Origin: a virus
Taxonomy: Duplodnaviria; Caudoviricetes
IMG/VR virus record: IMGVR_UViG_3300037042_000313
Location: 1 to 61,978 of that record
Length of the DNA: 61,978 nucleotides
Direction: 5' to 3' (one strand)
Shown: positions 37,625 through 47,221 of the stretch, in pieces
Layout of the letters: each line of letters begins with the position of its first letter
Position numbering within the stretch: the first letter of the stretch is position 1
Translations under genes and position numbers: made by a program
The notes under the pieces: generated by a model
What the model saw: only the letters and a program-made list of their open reading frames with translations
What the model was told of the DNA's origin: nothing
Database searches by the model: none

Positions 37625-37843
37625 TTAGGCTTCGATTGTGGGGACTGGAGGGGAAGGAGGAGGCGGTGGCTCAGCGGGCCTAGTAAACACACCATCCACA
37701 TACGTCCACCCAATACCTGATCCCTGTACCATATCTCTTGGGACGGCAATGCATCCGTCGGGCGCTGGGTTCCCATTTAATCCATCCCATGCAATACTAT
37801 TTACAACAGTATTTGTAGAAAGGTCAATGATTTCGTAGTCCAT
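37625..37843 (-). CDS. Small tail-fibre-associated protein (72 aa)
   Basis: VVNSIAWDG...GIGWTYVDGVF..P; follows a Gly-rich fibre gene. Confidence 0.65.
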   Translation of the reverse strand: MDYEIIDLSTNTVVNSIAWDGLNGNPAPDGCIAVPRDMVQGSGIGWTYVDGVFTRPAEPPPPPSPPVPTIEA

Positions 37844-37854
37844 TTTTCGTATCC

Positions 37855-38952
37855 TTAGTAGGCGGTAATGATGACTCTGCCCACACCACCGGCTCCAGCG
37901 GCTGCGGAGGTCGAGTTACTAGCCCCACCACCCCCGCCCGGAGCCGCGCCAGCCGCTCCTCCAGTGTTGGAGCCAGCACCGCCCGCCCCACCAAAAGCTG
38001 AAGTACTTGTGGTTGAAGTTGGCACACCACCTCCACTACCGGCGAAGGTGGTGTTGCCGGGGTTAATAACCGTACCTGAGTCGTACATACCCCCGCGACC
38101 ACCACCTTCAACATTAGTAGGTCTTCCTGATCCAGCGCCTCCACCAGCCGCTGATGTTGCCAGTGCATTCCCCGCCTCTCCTCCGGGAGCAGTAAATGTG
38201 GTTGCATCATCGTACGATGTGTTTAATGTGATAGAACTTGTGCCACCGGCAGTTGGTGTCCCCGTGCCCCCAACACCACCAGAGGCAACTGTAATAGTTG
38301 CACCCGTGGTTAAATAAGAAAACGGAACAAATAATTCTTTATAAGCCCCCCCACCCCCACCACCGCAAGTGCCTAAGTTGCGTATCCCACCCCCACCACC
38401 GCCCCACATCTGAATTCTTAGCAGCGTATATGCGCCAGTGGGGGCGGTCCAAGTACCTGTTGAAGTAAATGTCTGGACGTTAGGCGTTGGCGTTGCCAGA
38501 CTGATAGTGGTCCATGTGGGCGCAGACGCCCCTTGCGAGGTCAACACTTGCCCAGCCGTTCCAGCCACAGTGTATGCGTGCGCCGTTCCTGTCCCATAAC
38601 CAGCCCCGCCAGCAGTGGGGGTTGCCGTAGAGTTTGTTCCACCACTACCAATCGCCAAGGTAGCCGACAACCCTGCGGCATTTCCCGTAAAAGTTGTACC
38701 CGTGAAAGTAGTAGCGTAGACGTTACTCCACACATCCCCTACAGCACCAATCGTCTGTGTATTTGTGACTCCGGGAAGCAAGGGGCCAGAAGTGACAGTT
38801 GGGCTAGTTAGCGACAGCCCAGCTACCGTAAGGGTGGTATTCCCCAGCGTCAACGTGGTGCTGCCGAGTGTGATCGGAGCCGCGAAGTTGCTATCCAACT
38901 GCGTAAGTGGGATGGGGCCAGCTTGACTGGCAAATGTGTATGGAATTGGCAT
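37855..38952 (-). CDS. Glycine-rich tail fibre protein (365 aa)
   Basis: IPLTQLDSNFA N-terminus; QTFTSTGTWTAP...WGGGGGG Gly-rich domain. Confidence 0.75.
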   Translation of the reverse strand: MPIPYTFASQAGPIPLTQLDSNFAAPITLGSTTLTLGNTTLTVAGLSLTSPTVTSGPLLPGVTNTQTIGAVGDVWSNVYATTFTGTTFTGNAAGLSATLAIGSGGTNSTATPTAGGAGYGTGTAHAYTVAGTAGQVLTSQGASAPTWTTISLATPTPNVQTFTSTGTWTAPTGAYTLLRIQMWGGGGGGIRNLGTCGGGGGGAYKELFVPFSYLTTGATITVASGGVGGTGTPTAGGTSSITLNTSYDDATTFTAPGGEAGNALATSAAGGGAGSGRPTNVEGGGRGGMYDSGTVINPGNTTFAGSGGGVPTSTTSTSAFGGAGGAGSNTGGAAGAAPGGGGGASNSTSAAAGAGGVGRVIITAY

Positions 38953-38994
38953 AGTGGTCTCTTATACAACAGGTAGGGTTGTCGTAGGGGTCTC

Positions 38995-41412
38995 TTATAC
39001 AACAGGAACATCAGTCTGTACAGCCACCCAGTCGTCCGCTTGTGTGGTGTTAACGGATGTCCACGTATCTACTACGGGGGTAGCAATCTGCTGCCAACCC
39101 GCATCTCCACCAGAGGCAACTGTCTGCCACCCCGGTGTTTGCACAGTGCTTATATTTTGCCAGCCCGCATCTCCACCAGAGGCAACTGTCTGCCAATTCG
39201 GTGTCTGCGCGGTGCCTATATTTTGCCAGCCCGCATCCCCACCAGAGGCAACTGTCTGCCAATTTGGTGTTTGTACAGTACCTATATTCTGCCAGCCCGC
39301 ATCCCCACCAGAGGCAACTGTCTGCCAATTTGGTGTTTGTACAGTACCTATATTTTGCCACCCTGCGGCTTGTGCGTCATCAATGATTTCCCACGGGAAC
39401 CGCTGCGTGTAGGAGTCGAGGGCTGAGGCTGATTCTGTAATGAGGCATGCTGCTATGAACTGTGAATACGCTTGCGCGTCTGCAATAGCAGACTCAATAA
39501 GCTCACAAACAGCCGTGTACGATGCGGTCTCGGACGCTGTAGCAGACTCAGATAGTGCAGAGTTAAGCACCGCACTGGAAACCTGTGTACCTGTAGCTGT
39601 AGCAGACTCTGACAGTGCTGAGTTGAAGGTTGCTATAGCTGCTTGAGCGTTAGATGCTGTAGCAGACTCCGACAGAATGGAGTTGAATATATCTACAGCC
39701 GTTACTTCAGATGCGTCGGATGTAAATCCAACAGTACCACCAAGGGCATTAGTCCAAGTTACTACATTCGATAGGTCGTTAGTCCAGACTATGTAGGCAC
39801 CGGTACTGATTGTTTCGGTTAGATTTACTCCAATCGCACTTGTAGAAACTTGAGCAACAGATGCTGTAGCAGACTCTGACAGAGCGGAGTTAAAGGTTAC
39901 TAGAGCCGCCTGTGTACTTGTAGCTGTAACAGACTCAGCCAAAACCGAGCTAAGCCCCGCACTGGAAACTTGTGTGCCCGTAGCTGTAGCAGACTCCGAT
40001 AGTGCCGAATTAAAGGTTGCTACCGCTGCTTGAGTGCTAGATGCGGTAGCAGACTCAGACAGAACGGAGCTAAATATAGCTACAGCCGTTACTTCAGATG
40101 CGTCTGATGTAAATCCAACAGTACCACCAAGGGCATTAGTCCAAGTTACTACATTCGATAGGTCGTTAGTCCAGACTATGTAGGCACCGGTACTGATTGT
40201 TTCGGTTAGATTTACTCCAATCGTACTTGTAGAAACTTGGGCAACAGATGCTGTAGCAGACTCAGATAGTGCAGAGTTAAAGACTACTAGAGCCGCCTGT
40301 GTACTTGTAGCTGTAACAGACTCAGCCAAAACCGAGCTAAGCCCCGCACTGGAAACTTGTGTGCCCGTAGCTGTAGCAGACTCCGATAGTGCCGAATTAA
40401 AGGTTGCTACCGCTGCTTGAGTGCTAGATGCGGTAGCAGACTCAGACAGAACGGAGCTAAATATAGCTACAGCCGTTACTTCAGATGCGTCTGATGTAAA
40501 TCCAACAGTACCACCAAGGGCATTAGTCCAAGTTACTACATTCGATAGGTCGTTAGTCCAGACTATGTAGGCACCGGTACTGATTGTTTCGGTTAGATTT
40601 ACTCCAATCGTACTTGTAGAAACTTGGGCAACAGATGCTGTAGCAGACTCAGATAGTGCAGAGTTAAAGACTACTAGAGCCGCCTGTGTACTTGTAGCTG
40701 TAGCAGACTCGGCCAAAACCGATTTAAGCACCGCACTGGAAACTTGTGTGCCTGTAGCTGTAGCGGACTCTGTAATGAACGCGGCAACGACACCTGAGCA
40801 CGCATCGGATGCGGTAGCAGACCCAGACAGCGCTGAGTTGAATATAGCTACAGCCGTTACTTCAGATGCGTCTGATGTAAACCCAACAGTACCGCCAAGG
40901 GCGTTAGTCCAAGTTATAGCACTCGGCGTGTTGTTAAGCCAGACTACGTAGGCACCAGTACCGATTGCTTCGGTAATGACCGAGTTAACTGCGCCTACAG
41001 AAACTTGGGCGGCAGATGCTGTAGCAGACTCCGACAGTGCAGAGTTAAAGACTACTAGAGCCGCCTGTGCCGCTGAAGCTGTAGCAGACTCCGATAGTGC
41101 TGAGTTAAGCACCGCACCGGAAACTTGTGTGCCTGTAGCTGTAGCAGACTCTGACAACACACAGCCAAATGAACCGCCGGGGACTTGTGTATTGGACGCA
41201 GTAGCAGACTCAGACAGTGCTGAGTTGAAGGTTGCTACCGCTGCTTGAGCGTTAGATGCTGTAGCAGACTCAGATAGTGCTGCGTTAAGGACTACTACCG
41301 CTGTTTGAGCGTTAGATGCTGTAGCAGACTCAGTAAGGGTTGCGGAATAAGCGGTCCCACCCGTTTCAAAGGCGTCGTTTTGGAACGCATTGCTCTGAAA
41401 CGTAGCGGCCAC
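38995..41412 (-). CDS. Ser/Thr/Ala-rich repetitive virion protein (805 aa)
   Basis: Many LSESATAS repeats, ~129-aa macro-repeats, four 22-aa WQ repeats at the C-terminus. Confidence 0.75.
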   Translation of the reverse strand: MAATFQSNAFQNDAFETGGTAYSATLTESATASNAQTAVVVLNAALSESATASNAQAAVATFNSALSESATASNTQVPGGSFGCVLSESATATGTQVSGAVLNSALSESATASAAQAALVVFNSALSESATASAAQVSVGAVNSVITEAIGTGAYVVWLNNTPSAITWTNALGGTVGFTSDASEVTAVAIFNSALSGSATASDACSGVVAAFITESATATGTQVSSAVLKSVLAESATATSTQAALVVFNSALSESATASVAQVSTSTIGVNLTETISTGAYIVWTNDLSNVVTWTNALGGTVGFTSDASEVTAVAIFSSVLSESATASSTQAAVATFNSALSESATATGTQVSSAGLSSVLAESVTATSTQAALVVFNSALSESATASVAQVSTSTIGVNLTETISTGAYIVWTNDLSNVVTWTNALGGTVGFTSDASEVTAVAIFSSVLSESATASSTQAAVATFNSALSESATATGTQVSSAGLSSVLAESVTATSTQAALVTFNSALSESATASVAQVSTSAIGVNLTETISTGAYIVWTNDLSNVVTWTNALGGTVGFTSDASEVTAVDIFNSILSESATASNAQAAIATFNSALSESATATGTQVSSAVLNSALSESATASETASYTAVCELIESAIADAQAYSQFIAACLITESASALDSYTQRFPWEIIDDAQAAGWQNIGTVQTPNWQTVASGGDAGWQNIGTVQTPNWQTVASGGDAGWQNIGTAQTPNWQTVASGGDAGWQNISTVQTPGWQTVASGGDAGWQQIATPVVDTWTSVNTTQADDWVAVQTDVPVV
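39090..39362. repeat. 66-bp tandem repeat x4 (GWQNIGTVQTPNWQTVASGGDA)
   Basis: Equivalent positions 39101, 39167, 39233, 39299. Confidence 0.9.
39690..40970. repeat. ~387-bp tandem macro-repeat
   Basis: Equivalent positions 39721, 40108, 40495 (period 387) and 40876 (381); middle copies nearly identical. Confidence 0.88.
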
Positions 41413-41415
41413 GAT

Positions 41416-41958
41416 TTAGTCCGCCGCTTTTGCCGGTTTGGTCAGAGTAGCGTAGAGGTCAGTAGCCGCTTCTTTGTAGTTTTGCAAAGCAAACTGCACG
41501 TGCTCAGGGTGCCTAGCTGCCAATTCTGGAGAGAATGAGTAGCCCCATGTCGCGTCAAAATTGCAAGAGAATCCTTCCGGGTTCCACTTGATGTCCGTGT
41601 GCGATGCATTGACCTCACGCCACTCCCGCTTGAGGTAGTAATAGAACATCTCAGCAACAGGTGGCCACTGATGCGTGAAGTCACCATAAGCACGGTTGGA
41701 TGCCCAGTGCGGCGTAATCACCGTCATCTTGGCACCATCCTTCATCACACGGAAAGCCTCATTCATAACGTGAACGCGCTGGCGGGCAGTCATGTGCTCA
41801 AGGAAATGGCTGGCATGAACCTCTTCTACGCTGTCATCTTCCCAAGGCCACGCGGCAGTGCCGATGTCCAACACAACGTCCACATTCTCCATAGCGTACT
41901 GATCTACGCCAATGAAACCTTCTTTCTTGCGGGGGCCGCAGCCCAAGTCAATTTTCAT
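41416..41958 (-). CDS. Class I SAM-dependent methyltransferase (type 11-like)
   Basis: IDLGCG...FIGVD...WEDDSVEEVHASHFLEH...RVMKDG. Confidence 0.88.
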   Translation of the reverse strand: MKIDLGCGPRKKEGFIGVDQYAMENVDVVLDIGTAAWPWEDDSVEEVHASHFLEHMTARQRVHVMNEAFRVMKDGAKMTVITPHWASNRAYGDFTHQWPPVAEMFYYYLKREWREVNASHTDIKWNPEGFSCNFDATWGYSFSPELAARHPEHVQFALQNYKEAATDLYATLTKPAKAAD

Positions 41959-42374
41959 GCTTTTGGATTGTGAAGGGTTTCGTAAATTACCCAAGATAGG
42001 GTGCTAGTATTTTCATCTAGCCACTCGCCTTCTACGGTAGCCGAGCTAGACAGAAACTCGTCGCGGGATTTCAATAGTTGCATTGCTCTACTCTTTGCCT
42101 CACCATATGTGCCGCGATCCTCATACTGACCAGTCATATAGTTAAGCACAGAGTAGTAGTCGGCGGATGGTTCGTAATTTTGAGTGATGTCACAAAACTC
42201 ACCGGTGTATCCACCATCAATCCTTGTTCTTGCATGAATGTTGAACAAGTACCTTTCAGCAAATACTTGCTCATCTTTTGCAAGCTGTATGGCAGCCCTT
42301 GCAAGTGCTAGGTCTGTGAATATCTGGGGGAGTACACCAACCCCCAAAATACGGAATCGTCCTGTAGGGCTCAT
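41955..42374 (-). CDS. Hypothetical protein (~139 aa)
   Basis: In-operon ORF between the glycosyl- and methyltransferase. Confidence 0.65.
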   Translation of the reverse strand: MSPTGRFRILGVGVLPQIFTDLALARAAIQLAKDEQVFAERYLFNIHARTRIDGGYTGEFCDITQNYEPSADYYSVLNYMTGQYEDRGTYGEAKSRAMQLLKSRDEFLSSSATVEGEWLDENTSTLSWVIYETLHNPKA

Positions 42375-42379
42375 GTTAT

Positions 42380-43117
42380 TTACCAAACGTAGTCTTCAAT
42401 ACCGCCGCGCTTCCCATCAAGATCGTAGTGACCTACCTTGACGGAGCAATCAATGGCGCATCTGTATCCGTACTTCCGGGCGTCCCCCCAGAAATACAAG
42501 TCTTGAGTGGCAACGCCGTTGTCGGTCTGGGTTACAAACCACGGTTTACGCAGCCTCTCATCCCGGAACATATCCAAGCGCCAGACGTTGAATCCCATTC
42601 CCGTTCCATAGCACTCAACCAAACCACCAGCCGGATCGGGCTTTTGTGGGCGGAAGTTGGTCACTGGGTCTTTAACGTCACCCCAGATTTGAGCGCAGCC
42701 CCCCGGCCCTTGGGTGAAATACAAACCACCGATACAAGCGTATTCGGGGTGTGCTTCCATTTGAGCCAGCAACTTCACCAAGCCATCAGCCGGGGGGATG
42801 TTGTCGTGCTCCATCGTGATGATGTACTTCCATTTGCTCATGTCTGGGTGAGCAAGAATACTTTCGATGGCAGCACTAAATGCTTTGCCAACCTCCATGC
42901 CGACTGCCCACAGCCGAGTGAACTTGGCGTTAGGTGGTGCATAGAGGTTCATCCAACTAGCAACTGCCTTGGTCGGGATACTACCGAAGCACGGCACAAT
43001 CTGTATGCAAGACAAGTCCTTATACGATTTGTCTGCTGTCAACCGAGAGATGGTTGCATCGAGATCGGCGCTGTGCTTGCCGCCGTCATATGAGGAGATG
43101 ATTTGTGGTTGCATCAA
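42380..43117 (-). CDS. GT-A fold glycosyltransferase-like protein
   Basis: ITMEHD (DxD-like), IGGLYF, GTGMGF...F, QDLYFW, D.SVKVGH. Confidence 0.75.
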   Translation of the reverse strand: MMQPQIISSYDGGKHSADLDATISRLTADKSYKDLSCIQIVPCFGSIPTKAVASWMNLYAPPNAKFTRLWAVGMEVGKAFSAAIESILAHPDMSKWKYIITMEHDNIPPADGLVKLLAQMEAHPEYACIGGLYFTQGPGGCAQIWGDVKDPVTNFRPQKPDPAGGLVECYGTGMGFNVWRLDMFRDERLRKPWFVTQTDNGVATQDLYFWGDARKYGYRCAIDCSVKVGHYDLDGKRGGIEDYVW

Positions 43118-44526
43118 GGGAATGGGTCGTACATGAAGATGGTTGGGACTCCCGCGTTCGAGAAGGCGGTGTTGTTGGAGACTTGATTAGACCCAATGGT
43201 AGCAGGGAAGCCAGCAGTAGAAACGGTGTAGACCCCCTGATACGGCATGAAGTTGCTGGTGGCGTTGTTTGCTGTCTCAGATAGGTGCTGGAAGTTTGTA
43301 ATGTTCAATGTCGTATTCATCACTTGCGACATAGACAGTGCAGCAGTATTCCGCCCACTTGTCGTGCTTGCGCTTGATTGGGCTTGTGCCAACCAATAAT
43401 TTCCCGGCCCCAAATTAGATACCATAGGCGCAACGAAATCTCTCAACCCAGTAAACAGGCTAGTCGATACGTTTCCAACACTTACCGTTATTGCTGATGT
43501 GGCTGCACCCGCACCATTGGAAAATGAAGTTGCCTTACTTGTTGTTTCTTGAAATGCAATTGTTGTATATGTAACTCCGCCAGTAGTATTGACACTTGCA
43601 ATTGCCCCCAATGAAAACCCATTAGAAGCGCGCTGCGTTCCTGTGTAGCTAAGACTAACCCCGTTAAACCCAGCCGACTGACTAAGAGCTAATGTATACC
43701 CAATAGTAGCGCCAAGTGATACCGTACTACTCCCCGGCAACAACTCAAGTCTCGTAGAGTTTGTGCCTGTTCCTTGAGCATAGATGCCAAAAGATCGTGT
43801 CAAGGCCCATGTTGCAGCGGAGACTACTGTAGTAATCGTACTTTGCGCTCCAATGGCAGTGAAAACAGAGTTAAATGATGTGGTGGATGCCGGATTCAGA
43901 GATACCAACTGATCTGCATGGCAAAACTTTACATTGGATGGTAAGTCCATGTAGTTAAGATATAGAGAGTTTTGCCCCATCGAGCCCACAAACGTCTGGC
44001 CAGTAGTCATGGCAGCGTAGTAGTTATTGGTAGCCACAGCGCCGCCAGCGTTAATAACTATGGTGTTACTGTTGCCACTAAGTGTTATGCCATTCCCACC
44101 AGACAAATACAGTGGTGCATTTGTCGTCATGGTGGTGCCGGTGGTGCCAGCAGTGTTGGCTCCCTCAAGCTCCCAGCCCATCAAGTTGGCGTCGATATTG
44201 TTGAGTGACAACGCTACACCGTTTGAACCTACATTGAGTGTACCGGACAGGTTCGTGAGGTTCAGCGTGGTTCCTGTGCCAGCAAACTGAGTGGTATTCC
44301 CGCCGCTCACCACAATCGTAGCCGCTCCCGCAGCCGTGATCGCGCTCAGGGTTACATTGTTACCGCCTTGGTAAACAATGTTGGTTCCACTAATTGTGGA
44401 CTGCCCTGACGTATTGCCAGACAGGGTTATGAACTGCTTGTGCTGACTATTCCAGTCACTAGGGCGTACAACAGACGTGGCCGTGCCATCTGCTACAGTT
44501 TGCGAATATGCGTGTAACAGGGTCAT
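43114..44526 (-). CDS. Tail fibre/spike-like structural protein (470 aa)
   Basis: VVRPSDWNSQH N-terminus; S/T/G/N-rich; repeated GGN.ITLS. Confidence 0.65.
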   Translation of the reverse strand: MTLLHAYSQTVADGTATSVVRPSDWNSQHKQFITLSGNTSGQSTISGTNIVYQGGNNVTLSAITAAGAATIVVSGGNTTQFAGTGTTLNLTNLSGTLNVGSNGVALSLNNIDANLMGWELEGANTAGTTGTTMTTNAPLYLSGGNGITLSGNSNTIVINAGGAVATNNYYAAMTTGQTFVGSMGQNSLYLNYMDLPSNVKFCHADQLVSLNPASTTSFNSVFTAIGAQSTITTVVSAATWALTRSFGIYAQGTGTNSTRLELLPGSSTVSLGATIGYTLALSQSAGFNGVSLSYTGTQRASNGFSLGAIASVNTTGGVTYTTIAFQETTSKATSFSNGAGAATSAITVSVGNVSTSLFTGLRDFVAPMVSNLGPGNYWLAQAQSSASTTSGRNTAALSMSQVMNTTLNITNFQHLSETANNATSNFMPYQGVYTVSTAGFPATIGSNQVSNNTAFSNAGVPTIFMYDPFP

Positions 44527-44565
44527 TACCGACCTCCAGAACAGCGCCCCCTACGGGCGCAGGGG

Positions 44566-44745
44566 TTATACAGCCGAAAGACTAGACTCTACAAACCAAC
44601 GGTTCTGAGGATTACCTTCTGTATCGGCCCAAGAAAAAAGATACTCAACGTCGCCCGCATCGTTGAAGCGAATCTTTTCGACAGCCCCTTGCGGCACATC
44701 GACGTTTACCTTGACTACGGTACCGACGGGAAAAGTTGCAGCCAT
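44566..44745 (-). CDS. Small beta protein (59 aa, not in ORF track)
   Basis: AAGGA SD; MAATFPVGTVVKV...QNRWFVESSLSAV. Confidence 0.65.
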   Translation of the reverse strand: MAATFPVGTVVKVNVDVPQGAVEKIRFNDAGDVEYLFSWADTEGNPQNRWFVESSLSAV

Positions 44746-44754
44746 GATAAGTCC

Positions 44755-45315
44755 TTAAGCCAAGCTAGCGGTATAGGTGACGTTGAGTGTGTCGAGGTTG
44801 ACCACCGAACGGGGGCCGCCAGTGAAGCTGCCCACAGAATAGAGAACGCCAGTAGTCGTAGCACGAACCTGCGTTGCGGTAAGCAAAGCGCCCTGAATGG
44901 TCGTCGTGCCCGTGATTGAGAACGAAACTGCACCAGACACCTTGTTGACTGGGCCGGTACCACTAGCGCCAGAGAAGGTAGTCGTCAAGCGATTAGTACC
45001 GCTGTAGTTCGTATCTTCCGCCCAACCGGCGTGAGTTGCCAGAGTGTCAGTCAGAGCATACGTTGTGCCACCGCTGGTCAAGCCCATGTACCAAGCAGCC
45101 GTATAGCCCGAGCCAGAGAAGTACTTGTCGAGCAGGTCGATCTTGCCAACCGTCACCACCAGATTCTCGATGGTGTCAGTCCACTTAACTACACCATCAG
45201 GGCCAACGCACTCAACGTCGTAATGGCCGTGAATTTCGATGGTCTCCGACAGGGGACTGTTCTTGATAACAGAACCGTTCATGGTATCAAGAGGAGTAGC
45301 TTTTTCGGTGGTCAT
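44755..45315 (-). CDS. Virion structural protein (186 aa)
   Basis: NLVVTVGK...WYMGL...DTLNVTYT pattern; tail cluster. Confidence 0.7.
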   Translation of the reverse strand: MTTEKATPLDTMNGSVIKNSPLSETIEIHGHYDVECVGPDGVVKWTDTIENLVVTVGKIDLLDKYFSGSGYTAAWYMGLTSGGTTYALTDTLATHAGWAEDTNYSGTNRLTTTFSGASGTGPVNKVSGAVSFSITGTTTIQGALLTATQVRATTTGVLYSVGSFTGGPRSVVNLDTLNVTYTASLA

Positions 45316-45324
45316 GGTGTTTCC

Positions 45325-45738
45325 TTAAACTATTCTAAGTAGTGCTGAAGAATCGGTGTTTACTGGCATTTGAACAGTAAACACGGTGGCAGAAGTCTTG
45401 TCAGCGCCAAAGTCCAGCACTGCTACGGATTTGTCACTCTTGGAGGCGTTATAAATCAACGCCCCTCTAGCTGTTAACGCTGCGGTCCAAAGAGCATTAT
45501 CGAAGTCAATGTACGCAATCCCGTTAGCACTAGCTATTGTAGCGCCGGTAAGTACAACTCCACCAGCGGTATACCCAGCGGCCACAACTTCATCAGTCGA
45601 GCTATACACGGTAGTGTCGGCATTAAGCGTCGCAGAGGCCGTATACAGCGCGATCTTGATGGAGTCCGTCAGCAGGTTGTGCACTGCTTGCGGAAGCTCC
45701 ACTTTGAAGCTGGTAGTCATTGTCTGAGTAAGTGCCAT
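45325..45738 (-). CDS. Virion structural protein (137 aa)
   Basis: TSFK.EL...KIALYT...ARGALIYN...AVLDFG.DK. Confidence 0.7.
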   Translation of the reverse strand: MALTQTMTTSFKVELPQAVHNLLTDSIKIALYTASATLNADTTVYSSTDEVVAAGYTAGGVVLTGATIASANGIAYIDFDNALWTAALTARGALIYNASKSDKSVAVLDFGADKTSATVFTVQMPVNTDSSALLRIV

Positions 45739-45739
45739 A

Positions 45740-46399
45740 TCAAGTCACCTGTTGGCGATACTGCCCAGACCTGTATGCGTCTTGACGCTCCAGACCATCT
45801 CCCAGACGCTTGGCAAGTGCGAGGGCTTCTTTGTACTTGCCTTCGTACAAGACCATCATGTCCTGTTCGCCCTTCATGAAGGTGTAGGCTTCAACGAGCG
45901 AGCCATACAGCAGCACGGTATCAAAGTTATCGCCGAGCCAAGTCTGCCCCCCGACCACGGTAGTGATCGACTCTGGGTAGTAGAAGTAATGCAACTCTAC
46001 GTTGTAGACCGCATTGGGCGTAGGGCCGAGGATGAACGTCAACTCATTCGGCATCGTACTGTCCGGGCCAAACAAAGCGTAGTACTTAGGCAAGCCGGTA
46101 GCCGTCGGTCCCGGATAGGCTTCACGAATGAAGTTCACATCCTTATTCAGCAAGTACGTGTACTCGCCTCCGGCGAGGGGGTAGACCGCCACCGAGTAGG
46201 ACGAAAGGAAGTCATTAGGGCAAGCAAGATACGGATTGCTTACCGTTGTCGTACCCGTGACGTTCTTACGGAGCGATGGGAACTGAATCGTGTTGTAAAT
46301 GCGCTGCTCTGCCTGAGTGATGAACGTGTTGATGTCCGTCGTGGCAAAAGTGTTCTCCGTGTAATCGGAGATTGCAGTTACAAGGGACGAATAGTTCAT
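45740..46399 (-). CDS. Head-tail adaptor / tail tubular protein A-like
   Basis: MNY..L...I.DY.EN...FI.QAE.RI; GPTP...Y.VELHY; LLYGSLVEA. Confidence 0.7.
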   Translation of the reverse strand: MNYSSLVTAISDYTENTFATTDINTFITQAEQRIYNTIQFPSLRKNVTGTTTVSNPYLACPNDFLSSYSVAVYPLAGGEYTYLLNKDVNFIREAYPGPTATGLPKYYALFGPDSTMPNELTFILGPTPNAVYNVELHYFYYPESITTVVGGQTWLGDNFDTVLLYGSLVEAYTFMKGEQDMMVLYEGKYKEALALAKRLGDGLERQDAYRSGQYRQQVT

Positions 46400-46653
46400 G
46401 CCATCGGACCTCTAGCCATCAGACCTTTGGTTGCGCAACCCGTACCACGAATCTTGATACCAGAAGTCTTAACGTCGTCGTTGTTGCCAATCGACACGCC
46501 TTCCAAAGGCACCCAATTCTTCTTGCTCGGCATAGTCGGCTTCTTACCGTAGTCGTTAACGCCCACGGCTTTGCCAGACATATCGTGCGGGGCTGCGTAG
46601 ACGTTGGCTTGACCAACTTCCTTGCCACCTTGCTTTTTGCTGAAGTTAGCCAT
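46396..46653 (-). CDS. Small basic virion-associated protein (85 aa)
   Basis: C-terminal RGTGCATKG..ARGPMA. Confidence 0.7.
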   Translation of the reverse strand: MANFSKKQGGKEVGQANVYAAPHDMSGKAVGVNDYGKKPTMPSKKNWVPLEGVSIGNNDDVKTSGIKIRGTGCATKGLMARGPMA

Positions 46654-46656
46654 GAT

Positions 46657-46821
46657 TCAACCCGTCTTTTGATTAGCCGCACGGGACAGGTTCTTACCCA
46701 GTCGCATACGATCTTCAGAGGTAGGGCCACCCTTTTTCATGCCTTTAGCAGCACTATCGGGGTGGGCGTTCTTGCCCTTTTGCATGTGCGCCTTGAGCGC
46801 AGCTTTCATATCCTTAGCCAT
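46657..46821 (-). CDS. Small basic protein with MKKGG (54 aa, not in ORF track)
   Basis: AAGGAGG SD; MAKDMKAALKAH...GMKKGGPTS...QKTG. Confidence 0.7.
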   Translation of the reverse strand: MAKDMKAALKAHMQKGKNAHPDSAAKGMKKGGPTSEDRMRLGKNLSRAANQKTG

Positions 46822-46830
46822 ATGGCCTCC

Positions 46831-47220
46831 TTACGTTGTCACTGCGGTGACTGTACCAACAATTCCCTGTGCAACCAAGTAGTTTAGGGTTAAAGCCTCG
46901 GCGAAACCACTAGACCCACCAACAGGGTTCCAACCCCACTGAAACACTCGACTACCTTCCCCCAATGACCCGTCTGCAGTAAGCCCTGATTGGTAGTAAC
47001 TCTGGTCAGGGCGAGGCTCGCGGACAGCTTGGGGATCGTCTACCGGATACATACCCAACTGGAGTTGAGGATGATCTGGGTCCCAGCACTCAGTACACAC
47101 TAAGAGGTTGTAGTTCTTAGTTTTGATGATCTCTTTACGGAGTAGTTTCAGCTTAAAGCGTTGCCCACAGCGGCCACACTCCGCTATGGAATTCTTGCCT
47201 GAAGCGTACCTATTGCCCAT
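46831..47220 (-). CDS. Zn-finger late protein (129 aa)
   Basis: CGRCG...VCTECWDPDHPQL...DPQA..EPRPD. Confidence 0.75.
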   Translation of the reverse strand: MGNRYASGKNSIAECGRCGQRFKLKLLRKEIIKTKNYNLLVCTECWDPDHPQLQLGMYPVDDPQAVREPRPDQSYYQSGLTADGSLGEGSRVFQWGWNPVGGSSGFAEALTLNYLVAQGIVGTVTAVTT

Positions 47221-47221
47221 A

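Noticed and set aside
38957-39001. Tn5 mosaic end / Nextera adapter (GTCTCTTATACA 12-nt match)
   Set aside because: Only 12 of 19 nt match and the sequence forms a sensible stop codon and SD; adapter contamination is unlikely but needs a read check
39090-41340. Diversity-generating retroelement TR/VR pair
   Set aside because: No reverse transcriptase gene; repeats are in-frame tandem copies without adenine-specific differences
43655-43667. Late-arm copy of the palindrome (CTAACCCCGTTAA)
   Set aside because: CCC centre, and about one such 8-bp core hit is expected by chance; one-mismatch copies at 25676 and 54275 were also not counted
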